Shown here in pieces: positions 11,751 to 25,204 of a stretch of 64,000 bases of DNA (positions are counted from its first letter, which is position 1; the number at the start of each line of letters is the position of its first letter). Both the position numbers and the translations under genes were made by a program. Source of the DNA: Eledone cirrhosa. Taxonomy: Eukaryota. The notes under the pieces were generated by a model. That model saw only the letters and a program-made list of their open reading frames with translations, was not told the DNA's origin and ran no database searches. The DNA is taken from the NCBI GenBank assembly GCA_964016885.1, contig OZ024740.1, positions 32,426,001 to 32,490,000 on the forward strand, in the 5' to 3' direction.

Positions 11751-14214
11751 TAAAAATGTATTACTTATAAGTCCCAAAAAAGCTACAAGCAACCCAATGA
11801 AAAAAAAATCTTAAAAAATTTTGAATGAAAATGGTATTTACTGAAATAAAATTATCTCATTCTAAACTAATGAAAAGGTTTGAATATAATGAAATAGATT
11901 TTCTTAAATTATTGATTTTTGTTTCTTTGTGTGCCTGTTTGATTCTTAACTTTTTTTTTTTTTTATTGTTAACGATATTTAAAAATCTTTAGTAGTTCTT
12001 CATTTGTATTCTACATCATTCTATTTTTGTTTCATTGGCTTTATATTCTGAAATTCCATCAGCAGAAACATTCTATAAGATTTATGCAACATTCTCATGA
12101 TACATTGTCCCAAAGAAAACATTTCTATTTTATGTGTAGGTAAAAGAAAAAGAACAAACATGCCACATAAAATATCATAATTACTCTGTTGATAAATAAT
12201 TTCTTATTTAAAAATCAAATTCTGTTTGGTGGCCATGTAATTTGGAAGGTAGATACTATATTCCTTTCGTTTACTAAAAAAAAGAAAAAATAAGTATGAA
12301 TTTTCTATCTTTACAACTTTCACTGCCACTTGATCTCAAATCATCATATTTGACATCTATCTTGACGTTCCAACATGAGGTTCACTTTAAAACATTCTCT
12401 TCTTTACCAATACTATATTTTGTTACTTTTATCTGCATTTTATCTCATCGTAGATGAAAGTAAATGCTTACCTTGTGATTTTTAATTACAAGATCTAACT
12501 TTTTTTTTTAATGAAGAAAGGGATATAGACGTAAATGTTTTGTTTTGTTTCCCTCTTTTAAATTGATCTCTGTAGAAAATAATGGGGTTGCCTGCTTTTA
12601 ATTTTCTGATTTTCTGGTATATTTAAAATAATATATTTTCTGTGTAGTTGACTATTATGTATTGTTTGCTGAATGTTTTTTTGGTTTTAAAACATACTCC
12701 AAAAATATTTTCCTCATCCTCACATTTTTTTAAAAATGAGTGTTTGTAACACCAATATATATACATATATACACACACATACATACATAGACGAGTGTGT
12801 GTACATGTATATATATATACATCAGTATGCATGTGCAGGTGTGTGTGTGTAGATATATAATGCTTTTTTATTTGTTTTGTTTATATTATTTTTCTTTCTC
12901 ATCTGAAGTGGTCACCAAAAATAGATAATTTTTCAATAACATAATTGTAACATCTCCAGTCCAAAAAAAAGAACCCATATTTTTCTAACAGGATTGATGG
13001 CATTCTGCTGTCCAGTTGTTTATGGTAGAGGAACCATCCTGGCCCTTCTTTGCACATATACTTGAAGCATCTACATTTCCAGCCGTCAATTCTACATATT
13101 TGCCCTTTTCTAACTGGAGATAGATGGTTTTCATTGTTCTCTACTCACGTTTCTTTAATGATCAGTAAACGACTCATATTTATTTTTCCATTTCTTTACT
13201 TGTATGTCTCTGTGCATGTGTCTGTGTGTGTCTATATGCACATTATAGATTTCCCCCTCCCTCTGTAAGTTATGATTGGGGGTAACAAAAAGACTTATTG
13301 ACAATTTCTAAGCTGGTAAGTTATATTTCATTTTTTTTTTTTCTAACATCTATTTGTCAATAAAGTGAATTATTTCTTAATGAAATTCTTGTTCTATTTT
13401 AATTTTCTGCTTTTATTTAAATTTTATTGAAATTTCTATAATTGTGAAGGTGTTTTATGTATTTAATGCTTTCCTCACCATGCCTCTATTAATTTTGAAA
13501 ATAATCAAGAATAAATATAGTCCTATACAAGCAAGACATGGTCACCCAACCAATCTTGCCTCAACTCAAGTGGGACAATTCCCGTCTAACCCATGGTAGC
13601 GTGGAAGATAGACGTTAAATGATGATGATGATGATAATGATGGTGGTGAAAGCTGCTCATTATTAAGCTGGTGTTTGGAACATAATAAAAAGTTCTTGAA
13701 TAATATATGGAAAGTTTAATTTAAACATGATCACTTTGAAATGGGAAGTTTAGAATCAGAATTGATTACAGTAAGATTGTATCAACACGATTAATATAGT
13801 TCAAATCTTATCTTGTAATAATTATTAAAACTAAGAGAAAGGCCCAGTTAATGTTGAAATGCGTTTAATCTCTTTTCTTTTGTATTTGTCTGGGTCAGAT
13901 GAACATGAGAGAAGCAGAAGTGTCATTTTATGATACCTTTGGAATATGTTTCTAGGAACTGCACTGCATGTAAATAGAAATGCTTTTTAGAGGAGGGTTT
14001 CTCCTTTGTTATTGTGTGGGTATAGAGATCTTTGACTTTTGTTTTGGTTTGTAGATAGTAACAAAGACTAACATAGAACTGAATGTTGAAATATAGATGT
14101 TCATATTTTATATTTTGACCAAATGTAACATTTGTTTTTGAGTTGGTTGGAATTATCTACTTTCACTATATTGGCTTAAACCAAACTTAGTGTAAGAGGA
14201 AATTACATGTAGTA

Positions 14215-16078
14215 TGCAAAAGAGAAGACTCTGCTGGTATGTACACATAAGGATAAAGATTGTTGGGTGAAGAAGTGCCAAGAGATCCCAGTGGAAGACC
14301 TGGTGAGAGCCAATCTCAAATTGAAGAACCAAGGGAACACAATGAGGTGAGGGAAGCTGTGTTGCAAAAGCTCTAGCCAATCTATGCAAGCATAGAAAAA
14401 CAATGATGTTGATGATATATGGTAAATTTTAAAAGTTAGTTGTTAGTGACATCAAAATAAACACAAGACAATATAATACGCAGCAAAATATGGAAGCTAA
14501 AGGACCTACGGTATGACATTATATGCATACAGGATAATTGGAAATTCTTACATGACAACTTACTACAGATTACTGATGAGACTTGTGGCTGGAGCAAAGT
14601 GCTAGCCAGACAGGGGATGACATGTTGGTGGAACAGCACAGTGGATAGAGCCATTAAGAGAAGCTAGACAAGTATATATAGCACTGAACGAAGGCTTTTG
14701 ACATAGTGTTTCGCATTGCAGTGTGAATTGGGATATTGTTAAGGAAAAGTGTCTTCGAAATGACACCAGTGCACTTAGCACCACTGATGTTGGAAATGTT
14801 ACTATGAGAGGCTGATGAATGGGAGGAAGAGAGACTAACCCCCCCCCCAATAGATGGGCTAGCTATTGAAATTGACAGTTATAAGGTCAAAGAAGCAATC
14901 AAGATGAAAGAGAATAATAAAGCTGCTGGTCCATCAAAGATAGTTGCCAAGATGCTAAAAACGCCTGGAGAAGTAGCTGAACTAGTAACATGAATAGTCA
15001 ATAAGGTCATACAGGATGGAGTCCTATTCATCTGGCTCAGCAGGACAGTCGTAAATTGCTGCAAGGGAAAAGGCGATGCTCTAGAAAGGGGCAACTACAC
15101 AAGAATCAAACAGCTGGACTAAGCAATGAAAGTGACGGAAAGAGTTCTAGCACAGCTAACTAGGGAAAGAATCCAATTAGACTAGATGCTGTTTTCTAGT
15201 GAGACAACTATAAGAAGTTCCTAGCCAAGAATAAGCCGCTATATTTAGCTTGTGTTGATACAGAAAACGCCTTTGACAGAGTACCTTGATCTGTCGGTCC
15301 CTAAGGACATTAGGAGTAGAAGAATGATTTTGTAAGAGCAGTGTGAGCCATGTACAGAGGAACTATCAGTAACGAGTAGGAAAGGAGTTTTGGGATGAAT
15401 TTAAAGTACAAATAGGTGTTCATTGGTTCGGTTCTCAGCCTACTGCTGTACATCATAGTTCTTCAGACCATAACAGAGGTGTTTAAGACTGGCTGTCCAT
15501 AGGAACTTCTTTATGCAGGTGATCTGGTTCTTATAGCTGAATCCGTAGAACTAGCAAATAAATTCTGACTGGAAACATAATTTACAATCAAAAGGGCTGA
15601 GAGTAAATTTAGAAAAAAACTAAAGTGTTAGTAAGCAGGAAAGAAGACGGGACTCGGATCCCATAAAGTGTGATGCTGCATGGGTGTAAAATATAGGTAG
15701 TGAGTGCAGAGGACCTTTGTAAGCTGGAGAGAAAGGAAGCAACTATGCTTTGTTGGATGTGAAATGTAAAAGTGAAAAACATTAGAACTTGGATGAACTG
15801 AGAGAGAACTGGGTTTAAGAGGAATTAGAAGTGGCATGCAAGAGAGAAGACTGTGTTGGTACGGATATGTGATGTACACACAGATGACGATTGCTGGGTG
15901 AAGAAATGCTACAGTAGAAGAAGACCAAAGTAGACCTAGGCAGAGATGGTGAGAGCTGATCTCAAATCGCTGAAGAGATGACAAAGGAATGCGATGAGTG
16001 GAGAGATGATGTGTTGAAAAGGGCCCATCTCACCCATGCAAGTATAGAAAAACAGATGTAAAAACAATGATGATGATA
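14215..16078 (+). mobile_element. Degenerate RTE-clade LINE (ORF2 remnants plus (GAT)n tail)
   Basis: Decayed TWWWN, KAAGPS, CKGKGDALERGNY, AFDRVP, KTGCP.ELLYAGDL, CWYG motifs colinear with the better-preserved copy at 32.6-35.9 kb; a second 3' fragment lies at 14215-14417. Confidence 0.85.
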
Positions 16079-16220
16079 TTAAGTTTGCTTTTCTTCCCTG
16101 ACAAAGTTTTAGGATCAATATAATCAACTAAAATTCCTTAAAGGTACTGAAATCAGTAAAACTATGTTTGTTGTTAACATTTGGAAATTTCTCAACTGTT
16201 ACTTCTGCTTGGAGAACATA

Positions 16221-17000
16221 CAGGGTCACTCAGTTCTTTGGGGACATTTGTATGAATTTAGTAAAAGACACATAAGTCAACTACTCAATGAATCCACTGT
16301 TATCAATAATGACTACTTCAATGCGAAGTCTGAAATGTTAACATGCTTGAATCAGATGATCTTTATCTATTTTGGACTTTGTGCCAGATATGGCAAACTT
16401 AAGAGATTCTATAGTGTTATGGGGATGTTGATTGACCTCCTTCTTGACAACACCCCATATATACTGGTCCAATGTATTCAGGTCTAAAGACCTAGGAGGC
16501 CACATGTTTGGGGTGACATGATTGTGGAGATTGTAAGTCATTCATTCTTGGGTCATCTTGGCCTCATGAGATGGTGCAGTCTTGTTGGTAGGTGTATGGT
16601 CTTCTTTTGCTCACTCTCTATCCAAGGCCCTACAACCCTCTTCAACATATCCTTATAATCAGCAGCATTGACCCTTAAGCCCTGAAGAAAGAAGTAAGGA
16701 GGCGTGATATTTCCCTTGTTGGTCACAACTCACAGAACCATCACAGTTGCTGGAAGCTGTGTGCATGACCACTGAATAACCCTGTCTTTCCTTTGGTTGA
16801 CCTTCGGTCCTGATCAAAGTTTCTCTCATCAGAAAAAAAACAAAGCATTCCAGGCTTTTGATGTTTCGACTTGCTCAACAAATGCTTTGTGAAAATCAGA
16901 TGGTTATCTTTTATACAGACACAAATTGGCCTTTCCGCATCACATATGACTTCTATTGAAGGTCCTCATGTACAATTCTTCCAATAGTTTGCCTTGAAAT
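16221..17000 (-). mobile_element. Tc1/mariner superfamily (maT/DD37D-like) transposase remnant
   Basis: WPPRSLDLNTLDQYIWG (= WPPxSPDLNPLD motif) in ORF 16338-16541; FFSDE.NFDQD near 16810-16840; TA|CAGGGT end at 16219-16226. Confidence 0.75.
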
Positions 17001-18584
17001 CTTGAGTTCCTGAGCAATGGTGCTAATTGACTTTCTGGGTTTTGATAATTTACTGCACCTTTTTGTACAAATTTTCTTTTTCTTTGTGAGCGGGGGAGGA
17101 GGGGGGGGGGGCTTGTTGCCACTCCTCGTGCTTGTTAGAATTTAGGTCCAACTGTGTGACATTGAGTATTGACATGTCTTCGATGAGCATTGGTGTTGTT
17201 GTCTGGGTGTTGGTGTTGGTAAGAAAGCGGGAGGGGATCCTCTCTTTGCCTTTCAGTGTTGGGAAGCAGGCTCCTTGATGATCAGTCGAAAGACAAATGT
17301 GACCTTGGCCTTCCTCCCTTCAACACTAATGGGCAAAATACTGCTGCCTGGGAGATGTTTCTGTTCTGGAATAGCATCCACATTCCTTTGACTGGTTTGG
17401 ATGAATATTTCAACCTACAACCAGCTCTCCTTTTTAGTCTGGTAGACCTCAAGGATTTTTGAGTTTTCCTCGATGTCTACCATGACTGCAGCAATTAGCT
17501 AAGGAATGGCTATTTCAGGTGATACCTGCTGGACATCTCTGTCCACAGTAGTAAGGGACAAGCAGGATTTCTTTGCTTTGTAAGGGTTTTAGGGAGTGAG
17601 ATCTTGTTTTCTCTTCTGTCACAAATTTCACCTCAACTGTACCAAAACCCCTGCCCCTTTGAATCTAAGTATTTAGGGTACATATGGAACCTAAAGCCTT
17701 TTGTATTTGAGCCTCTGTTGTTCTCTCCTCCTTCCTTTTTTAAACCAATAACACAGTACGTCACCGTGCAACAGACTATGTTTTGGATGGTGTTAACAAG
17801 TGTTGAGTTTGACAGTAGGGCCAGCTCTTTCCATCAGCCATTTGTTTTATTGTACTTCTTCCTCAGAGTAAGTAACTTATTGGAAGAAAGATTTCATAGC
17901 ATTAGCGACAGATATCTTACCACTAGTGCTGATATTTTTGGCTGGTTTGCCAGTTGGCTTGTTGTTATTGTTGTCAATGTTATAGCTGTGTTTATCATCA
18001 CTATTATTGTTGTACTTCATATTATTACCATTTTCATTATTTAAAAATCACATTGTTACTTTGTGTTTTCATTTCTTTTTCTTTTCTCATTTGGTTGGAT
18101 GGCAGACAGATGCTATCACCACCAAACATTTTCACTTTGATAAGGAGAAATGTCATCACCCTCTCTCTATGAGTAGTACTACTACTCTCTCCTTTCTGCA
18201 TGTGGAATGAATGTTAAAACGTTTGACTGTGATAAAAAATTAAATGAATGTCGAAATTTCAATTTGAAGACACCCAAGGAGATAATCCCACCTGCAAATA
18301 ATAATAATAAAGATAAAAAGGAGGGGAAGAAAAGAAAAAGTAGGTAGTAATGGAGAGCAGTGAGAAGATAAGGGAGAGTTGATTAATTTCCATTGTTTTG
18401 TTCTAAGACCACATTTAAGATTGTTGCCATGCATCACTGGCTTTGGTACTTCTAGTCAAAATTGTTTACCAAAGTAAATATTTAATATTGGTTTTATTTT
18501 TAAGGACACAAGCACCTGTGGAGTTATACTCTCTCTCATATATTTATATACAGATCCACATATATGACAGTGCATAATTATACA

Positions 18585-18586
18585 TG

Positions 18587-18645
<59 letters not shown>
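18585..18645. repeat. (CA)n(TA)n microsatellite
   Basis: Dinucleotide runs. Confidence 0.9.
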
Positions 18646-18647
<2 letters not shown>

Positions 18648-19139
18648 GAAAGAAATATCGTTTTTTACAAGAACAATATAAAAAATGGGAAGGAGGAAGG
18701 TGGAGAAGTTAAAACAGCTCAAAATACAGTTTATATCTGCCTGTGTATGAACATACTTTCTAGAGTAGCTTCCATCTCAGGACAAAAGGTATGGAGTTCC
18801 TCTTTAGGTCCTATACATATGCAGCGAGTGAGGTTCAATTAGCTTTATCGGGTCTTTGAAAGGAATGGGTATGTGGATACCACCGGGCCTTAGATGTGTT
18901 TGAAGTCATACTGATATATACTTTTGTTGAGTTGTTTTAATGACATTACGTTTGTTAGGCACTATTAGTCAAGTGGGCAGGAGTTTGTGTTTACGCAGTT
19001 ACAGTGCCTTTGTACCACCATGGATCTCGGATGCAGCCTTAGAAGTATTCCTTTTTTAAATATTTGTGTTAGCGATGTTTCTAGCTATGTTAGGTGTGGT
19101 GGAGTATAAGCAGCTATTAGTATTTTATTGAGTATGATC

Positions 19140-19800
19140 AACTGGTCAGGAACCCCCCTTGAACACTGTGAGTACCCAGTCTATCTAGGTGTGTCTCTTT
19201 TAAGATCCACATTGAGAAGACTAAGTGCAAAGTGAAGGTGAGGAACATGATTAGCAAGCTCACTGGCACGACCTGAGGTGCAAATCCACACTCTGAAGTC
19301 AACTGCGCTAGCTCTCTGGTACTCAGCTTCCAAGTATGCATGCCCAGTATGGGAACAAGCTGTCAAAAAATAGATCCTACCCTCAATGCTAGCTGCCGTC
19401 TCATCATAGGCTGCTTGAAATCTACACCTACAGACTATCTGTATATTCCCCACCTGAGAAATGATGAAGTGCAGCAAGCAAGACAGACTACAGATCAAAA
19501 ACATTCTCTCTTTGCCCATGTGCCAGCCAAAAGCCGCCTTAAATCCAGGAAAAGTTTCTTAAAGAGCGACACACCCCTTGGAACATCAAGCATAAGTAGT
19601 GAAAGAGTCACTCGCTGGGAAGAAAAACTTAACAACCTCCCATCTGTAACAACAATGGAACTAAAGGCGAGTGAGGCACTGCCCCCGTGGGCTAGATACA
19701 AACTATGCAGTGTGGAGATGCCTAAACAGACTAAGAGCTAGTGTTGGATATGCAAAAGTCACTCTTGCAAAATGGGGATATTTAAAGGATAGAGCCATAC
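19140..19800 (+). mobile_element. Ingi/Vingi-like LINE 3' fragment
   Basis: Frameshifted YLGVSL, TALALWYSASKYACPVW, LNASCRLIIGCLKSTP, WRCLNRLRASVG, recalling Vingi/Ingi post-RT motifs. Confidence 0.6.
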
Positions 19801-19930
19801 AACCGATGTGAAGTGCTTAATCTGGCTTACATCATAGTTTATGGATTAAGGTGATGCAAACACAATACTCACAACTGAATAAACACTTAAAGACAACTAT
19901 ACACACACACACATATATATATATACACAC

Positions 19931-20248
19931 ATGGAGGCACATGGCTTAGTGGTTAGAGCATTGGCCTTGCAATCGAAAGGTTGTGAGTTCAATTCTCAGA
20001 CCGGGTGATGTGTTGTTTCCTTGAGCAAGACACTTTATTTCACATTGCTCCAGTTTACTCAGCTGTAGAAATGAGATGATAGGGACTGGGGTCCCTATCA
20101 TTCCACTGCAAAGTGGTCGTGCAGGTGCCACGGCAAAAAAGCACCCAGCACTCACTGTAAATGAGGTTGGTGTTAGGAAGGGCATCCAGAATCAGTTTCC
20201 GTCCCACCCTTGCAAGCAAGGAAAATGAAATGATGATGATGATGATGA
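19931..20248 (+). mobile_element. tRNA-derived SINE family A (RTE-B-type terminus)
   Basis: A box TGGCTTAGTGG, B box GAGTTCAATTC, core, RTE-derived tail ending in (GAT)n; inserted in a (CA)n run; near-identical to copies at 24.3, 27.2 and 36.7 kb. Confidence 0.9.
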
Positions 20249-20374
20249 CACACACACACGCGAGTGTTCCTAAAGTACAAAAGCCACACTGAGAACAGGA
20301 TGGAAAAAGTTCAAGGAGCTACTACTGCTGCTAGCTAAAATAAGTTTTTCTCTCAAAATGAAGGGCAGATTGTA

Positions 20375-21358
20375 TGATGCTTCTGTATGAACAGCAATGT
20401 TGCAAAAAAGTGTGCAGATGAACTATGAAGATTGGAAAGAAATGAAGCTTGCATGCTCCAATGGATATGTAATACTAATATACATGAACAGCAAAGTGTA
20501 AATGAACTGAGATAAAAACTAGGTATAAGAGAGGGCAGTGTGCAGGAGAGGAGATTGCAGTGATATGTATGGAGGATGACAGTTGTATAAAAAGGTGCAG
20601 GGTGATTGAAGTCGAAGGAAACTATGGAAGAGGAAGACTTAGAAAAGCATGGGATGAAGTGACAAAAGCTGACCTTACACAATTAAACCTCTCAAACGTG
20701 ATGACAGGATTGAGATCTCTGGCAATATGCAATACTGCAGGATGAAGCAAACATCTAGAGGACATTAGTATACACCAAATCTTCTCCTCTACCCTGTCCA
20801 TACATTTCCCATGCCTTCACCAGTACCCCTCAAGATCTACCTCTTCAATCCCCATGCAGCACACATACCAGACCCTCACCTTCCACATCTGATACACCTC
20901 TCATGGCCTAACCATGCATACAAGCATGGAAAGCTGGACACGGTCTCTCACAATGTTGCTGAAATGACTAAAAGCTCTTAGTCCATCCTGTAAAGTAGTC
21001 GCGTTGGAGATACACCAAAGGCTCTTAGTCCACCCTGCAAGGTGGTCATGTGGCGACATGACAAAAAGCACCCAGGCCAACCTGTAATGTGGTCATATTG
21101 GTAACACGAGTAAAATCACCGTCCACTCTGGTGACATGATGAAAAGTATCCAATCCAATTTGTCAGTTGGCCATTTTGGTGCCAAGAGAAAAAGCACCCA
21201 GTGCACACTGTAAATGTATTTGGCGTTAGGTAAGGCATTCAGCTGTAGAAACCAAGCCAGAAACAGTTCTGTATGAGTAAGACACAGTCACCTGATCTCA
21301 ATTGTCTCACAATGGTATAACACATGCGTGGAAAATAGACGTTAATCGATGATTATGA
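20375..21358 (+). mobile_element. RTE LINE 3' fragment with long 3' UTR
   Basis: LERNEACML.WICN, MEDDSCIKRC, GRGRLRKAWDEV; ends GGAAAATAGACGTTAATCGATGAT. Confidence 0.8.
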
Positions 21359-21479
21359 TATATATATATGCATACATCAGTTTCTAATCCTTCCATTCAA
21401 GCTATCATTGGTGGATTTCTTCTTGGCCCACGAACATGCATCTAAGGACTTTTTTCGTAGTAAATAGATGGACCTTCGC

Positions 21480-21828
21480 ACTTTTCACCCCCAATTTGGA
21501 TTAGGGATAAAAAAAAAAATACTTCGGGTGGAGTGGGTGTGAGTCCCCCCTTTCTTCTCCGTTTTCCAGGAAAAAATTATTTTGCAGCATGTTCGGAGGT
21601 AAGATTATTGGTAGCACATGAAAATAACGAATAGAGAAATGGAAAAAAAGGTTCAGGGAGGAGGGAAGTTGAAAAGTCCGAGTGTTATCCCAACTCCTTT
21701 TTACAGGGAAAATGTCCTTTGCAGCATATTAGGAGGTAAGTTTGATCGTTGGGGGTGTATATAAATTCACCAAATTTCGTTTTCGTCCCTCCGAGTCCAT
21801 AAAATAATATATTAATATTAAGGTAGAT
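21480..21828 (-). mobile_element. Possible non-autonomous Helitron 5' portion
   Basis: Minus strand begins A|TCTACCTTAATATTAATATATT, resembling the other Helitron 5' ends; internal imperfect repeat TTTGCAGCAT.TT.GGAGGTAAG twice; no 3' end identified. Confidence 0.35.
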
Positions 21829-22383
21829 ATATATGAATGGTATTATAATAGAAAACAATTATATTTGCCCCGATTTTGATATCATTAAGCGATAATTTTT
21901 CAACTATTTCATGTCTCCCCAGCTATCTTTTGGAAAAGCAGAAAAACACCTTCGATAGTAATCCACCACAACCACCTGACATTCTTAAGTCAACAAGATC
22001 ACAATTTTTGACCACTGATAATTTCTTTCCGTCACTCATATTTTGGTTGACAGGGCTTAGTAAGTAATTAACTGCATATAAAGATAAGTTGTGTAAACAT
22101 AACGACAGGCATTAATGAAAGTTGAATAGTCAACATGTGACGTTCTTTGTTGTAAAGGAATATACAGATATATCGATATGTACTTCCCTGTGACTTGAAC
22201 ATAATAAATGTTGTTATAAATGAAACTGTATATAAACGCTTACTTTAAAATAATATATTTTAGGTTGTAAATATAATTAATTATATATATACACGCTTAC
22301 TTTAACATAATATACTTTAAGTTGAACACAAGTTTCTTAGAGAAAGAAACCTATATTTTAGAGTTAACTCCCTTCCAACATAC

Positions 22384-22460
22384 TTTGGCGCCAATTTTGA
22401 TTGGAATGTTACGAAGGCGTTGATTGGAGATGATTAATATAACAGCGTTTTTAATTGGTT
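22384..22460 (+). promoter_or_regulatory. Candidate TTLL4 promoter (E2F-like site plus clustered CCAAT boxes)
   Basis: TTTGGCGC 22384-22391, CCAAT 22391-22395, ATTGG at 22400, 22423 and ~22454; local CpG retention; followed by a strong splice donor. Confidence 0.55.
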
Positions 22461-22464
22461 GATA

Positions 22465-22523
22465 TTCTGTTCACTATTTGGACGTATCTTAGCAGCGTCG
22501 TTTTGTTGGTGTGGCCGCTAAAG
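22465..22523 (+). other. TTLL4: Candidate TTLL4 non-coding first exon (start approximate)
   Basis: Donor AAG|GTGAGA at 22523/22524 just downstream of the promoter motifs; the first coding exon has an acceptor at 28231-28232 that requires an upstream exon. Confidence 0.5.
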
Positions 22524-23859
22524 GTGAGATATTTGATAGTTTGATCATTCTCTCTTATATAATATTATTTTACCGTTTATTACAAATGTATATATAATGT
22601 TATTTATATGATCTAATAGTGAACACCATTTTTTAAGTTCATCAAACATTACCATTAAGCTGTAATAATCTGCTGTCTTAAATTTCATCTTATTGTTCGT
22701 GCCAACATTTTCGGTTACTTTGATGGTGAATCAAACTATTATTCCAGTTTGTGTTTGCCACGTGTTTGCTGCACGTGGCAAATATCACGTTCAGAGAATG
22801 TGCAGTTAATATTTCACGAATTTTATTTACATATTACACGTTTCGTATCCTAACACAATATTTGTAAATGTGTCAACACCTGATCGTTAAACGTAAGTTT
22901 TCTAACTTGAAAAAAAAAAAAAAAGTGTCCACACACACACACATATAAATCTCTATATATCATATTATATGTATGTATATTTCAAAAGCCAAACCTGTTC
23001 GTTATAAATCAACTTGTATATTCTGCGTCTTCTCTCCAACTTGCCACATGGCAGAGTGGTATGTACCTATCTCTATTATATATTTCATCATAATTTATTT
23101 TCGGCTTTCTAAGAGTTGACTGTTTAAATGTTTACAATATCTCCCCCACGGCAAACATATTTAGATATGTTAACAATGCGAGATGTAATTGTAATATTTC
23201 ACTGAAACCAAACCAATATAAATTTTCTACTACCATAGATAGTCATAAGAGCAGAGAGTTGCTCAACAAGTTGATTGCTACTTAGATATATTTCCAAGTA
23301 ACAACTACTACTTTACTTGCGATATATTTTATTGATTCATATATTAAACATATTCATAGTTTGTTTGTTTTATTATAACATTGAATAAACTGAAACTTGT
23401 AACGATTTTCTATTGTTTCTTGTGCTTGATAGAGGTTTTATTTAACACATTTCTGTGTAAGAAGTTTTTAAAGACCATGATTACGTAGTTTATGATAACG
23501 AATTACTGCTACTGTTATATACATAGAAAACATGAATAATCGGTATATAGATATCCACAAGTCTGATAAGCTATCGATTCAAGAGTGGGGCGCGATCGTT
23601 CATTGAGCCGATCATTCGCGAAAAGCGTTACACGCGAATAAACATAATGATGCAATATTGTTATAGTACTCAATACCAAAGTAGAGTTTAAAAAATATGT
23701 ATATATATATATAATCGTTGTTTGCGTAGTTTAATGATGTATGATAATAATAGTCAAAATAGATTTACCGTAATGGGTTCAGACAGTATGTAAAGTTTCT
23801 CTATGAACTTCTTCAACCACTTAACACATTCACTTTAGAATTTGACTCCACAGTTTTAT

Positions 23860-24230
23860 TGATTATACAAACAAACGTGATTTAAAAAATATAAATTTGG
23901 TGTTTTGCATTGACTCGTGTTAATTCCGTAAGTTAGAAGCGAAGGCCTCTGTGTGTCGTGAGAAGACTTAGTGGCCATCCATACAAACTTAAAGACCTTT
24001 TGCCTGGACAGTTGCAAGACCATGTTTTCTGTCAAGTGGAACTCATTGCCTGAGGATGTTATGACTCCTTCTTTGCCCGTATTAAAAGAGAAAATGAGAT
24101 TTCTACTCAATAGAGAAGGATTAATAAACTATCTCGCAAGAGACGGGGGCTCGATTGTGCCAGAAGAGAGTTTTAGGCATCTTTGTATTGCTTCGAGATA
24201 CGCAATATTTTTTAAGTAATATAGACTCCA
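23860..24230 (+). mobile_element. Old LINE (CR1/L2-like) 3' fragment
   Basis: FSVKWNSLPEDV..SLPVLKEKM resembles the WNxLP C-terminal motif of CR1/L2 ORF2. Confidence 0.35.
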
Positions 24231-24278
24231 TGTTTGAGCCCCATATTATAAAATTAAGTGAACCATTGTTATATATAT

Positions 24279-24778
<500 letters not shown>

Positions 24779-25204
24779 TTTACTGGTGAGCCTTTGTTAC
24801 TCTGTGAAAGGTCTCTTGATTCCATGGTTTGCCTTGTCGCCACCATATGAAGCTAGACCTAATTATTTAGTGAACTCTGGCTTGGGTCAATATCTCCTCC
24901 TCAATTTTGGACCCATTTCATGGTTGATGGGTAGAAGCCAGATGGTCTTACCATTTGTCCCTGGATAAGAGTTAAAATGTCTCATTTGAAATGCCGCAGT
25001 TAGCAACTCTTTTGCTCCTTCCCAAGTCGTGGATGCTGCGGTAAAGGTGAGAGTCATTACATCCGTAACCTAACAAAATAAAATTCTAAAATACCATAAA
25101 CTATTTTTTTAGTCCGTGGCATTGAGACGTTTAGGGGAGCTGTGTTTTTGTGAATTGTTGGCTGTTTGTCTCAGGTGATTCTAATGAGAATGTGGAGGAA
25201 ATTG

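Noticed and set aside
4240-13500. Very long KDM6A 3' UTR or an extra gene
   Set aside because: AT-rich and TE-poor, but no exon-like ORFs with homology; UTR extent cannot be determined without transcript data.
17000-19130. Possible Penelope-like or other retroelement remnants (e.g. F.RNGY near 18855-18875)
   Set aside because: Only isolated weak motifs; a family or boundaries cannot be supported by eye.
19936-20010. tRNA genes at SINE heads (also 5417, 24600, 27420, 36747)
   Set aside because: Anticodon and acceptor stems pair poorly, and each continues into a shared SINE core and LINE tail with TSDs.
19946-20185. Recurrent 79-aa ORF MPFLTPTSFTVSAGCFF... (4 copies) as a gene family
   Set aside because: It is the antisense translation of the SINE-A body; the recurrence reflects SINE copy number.
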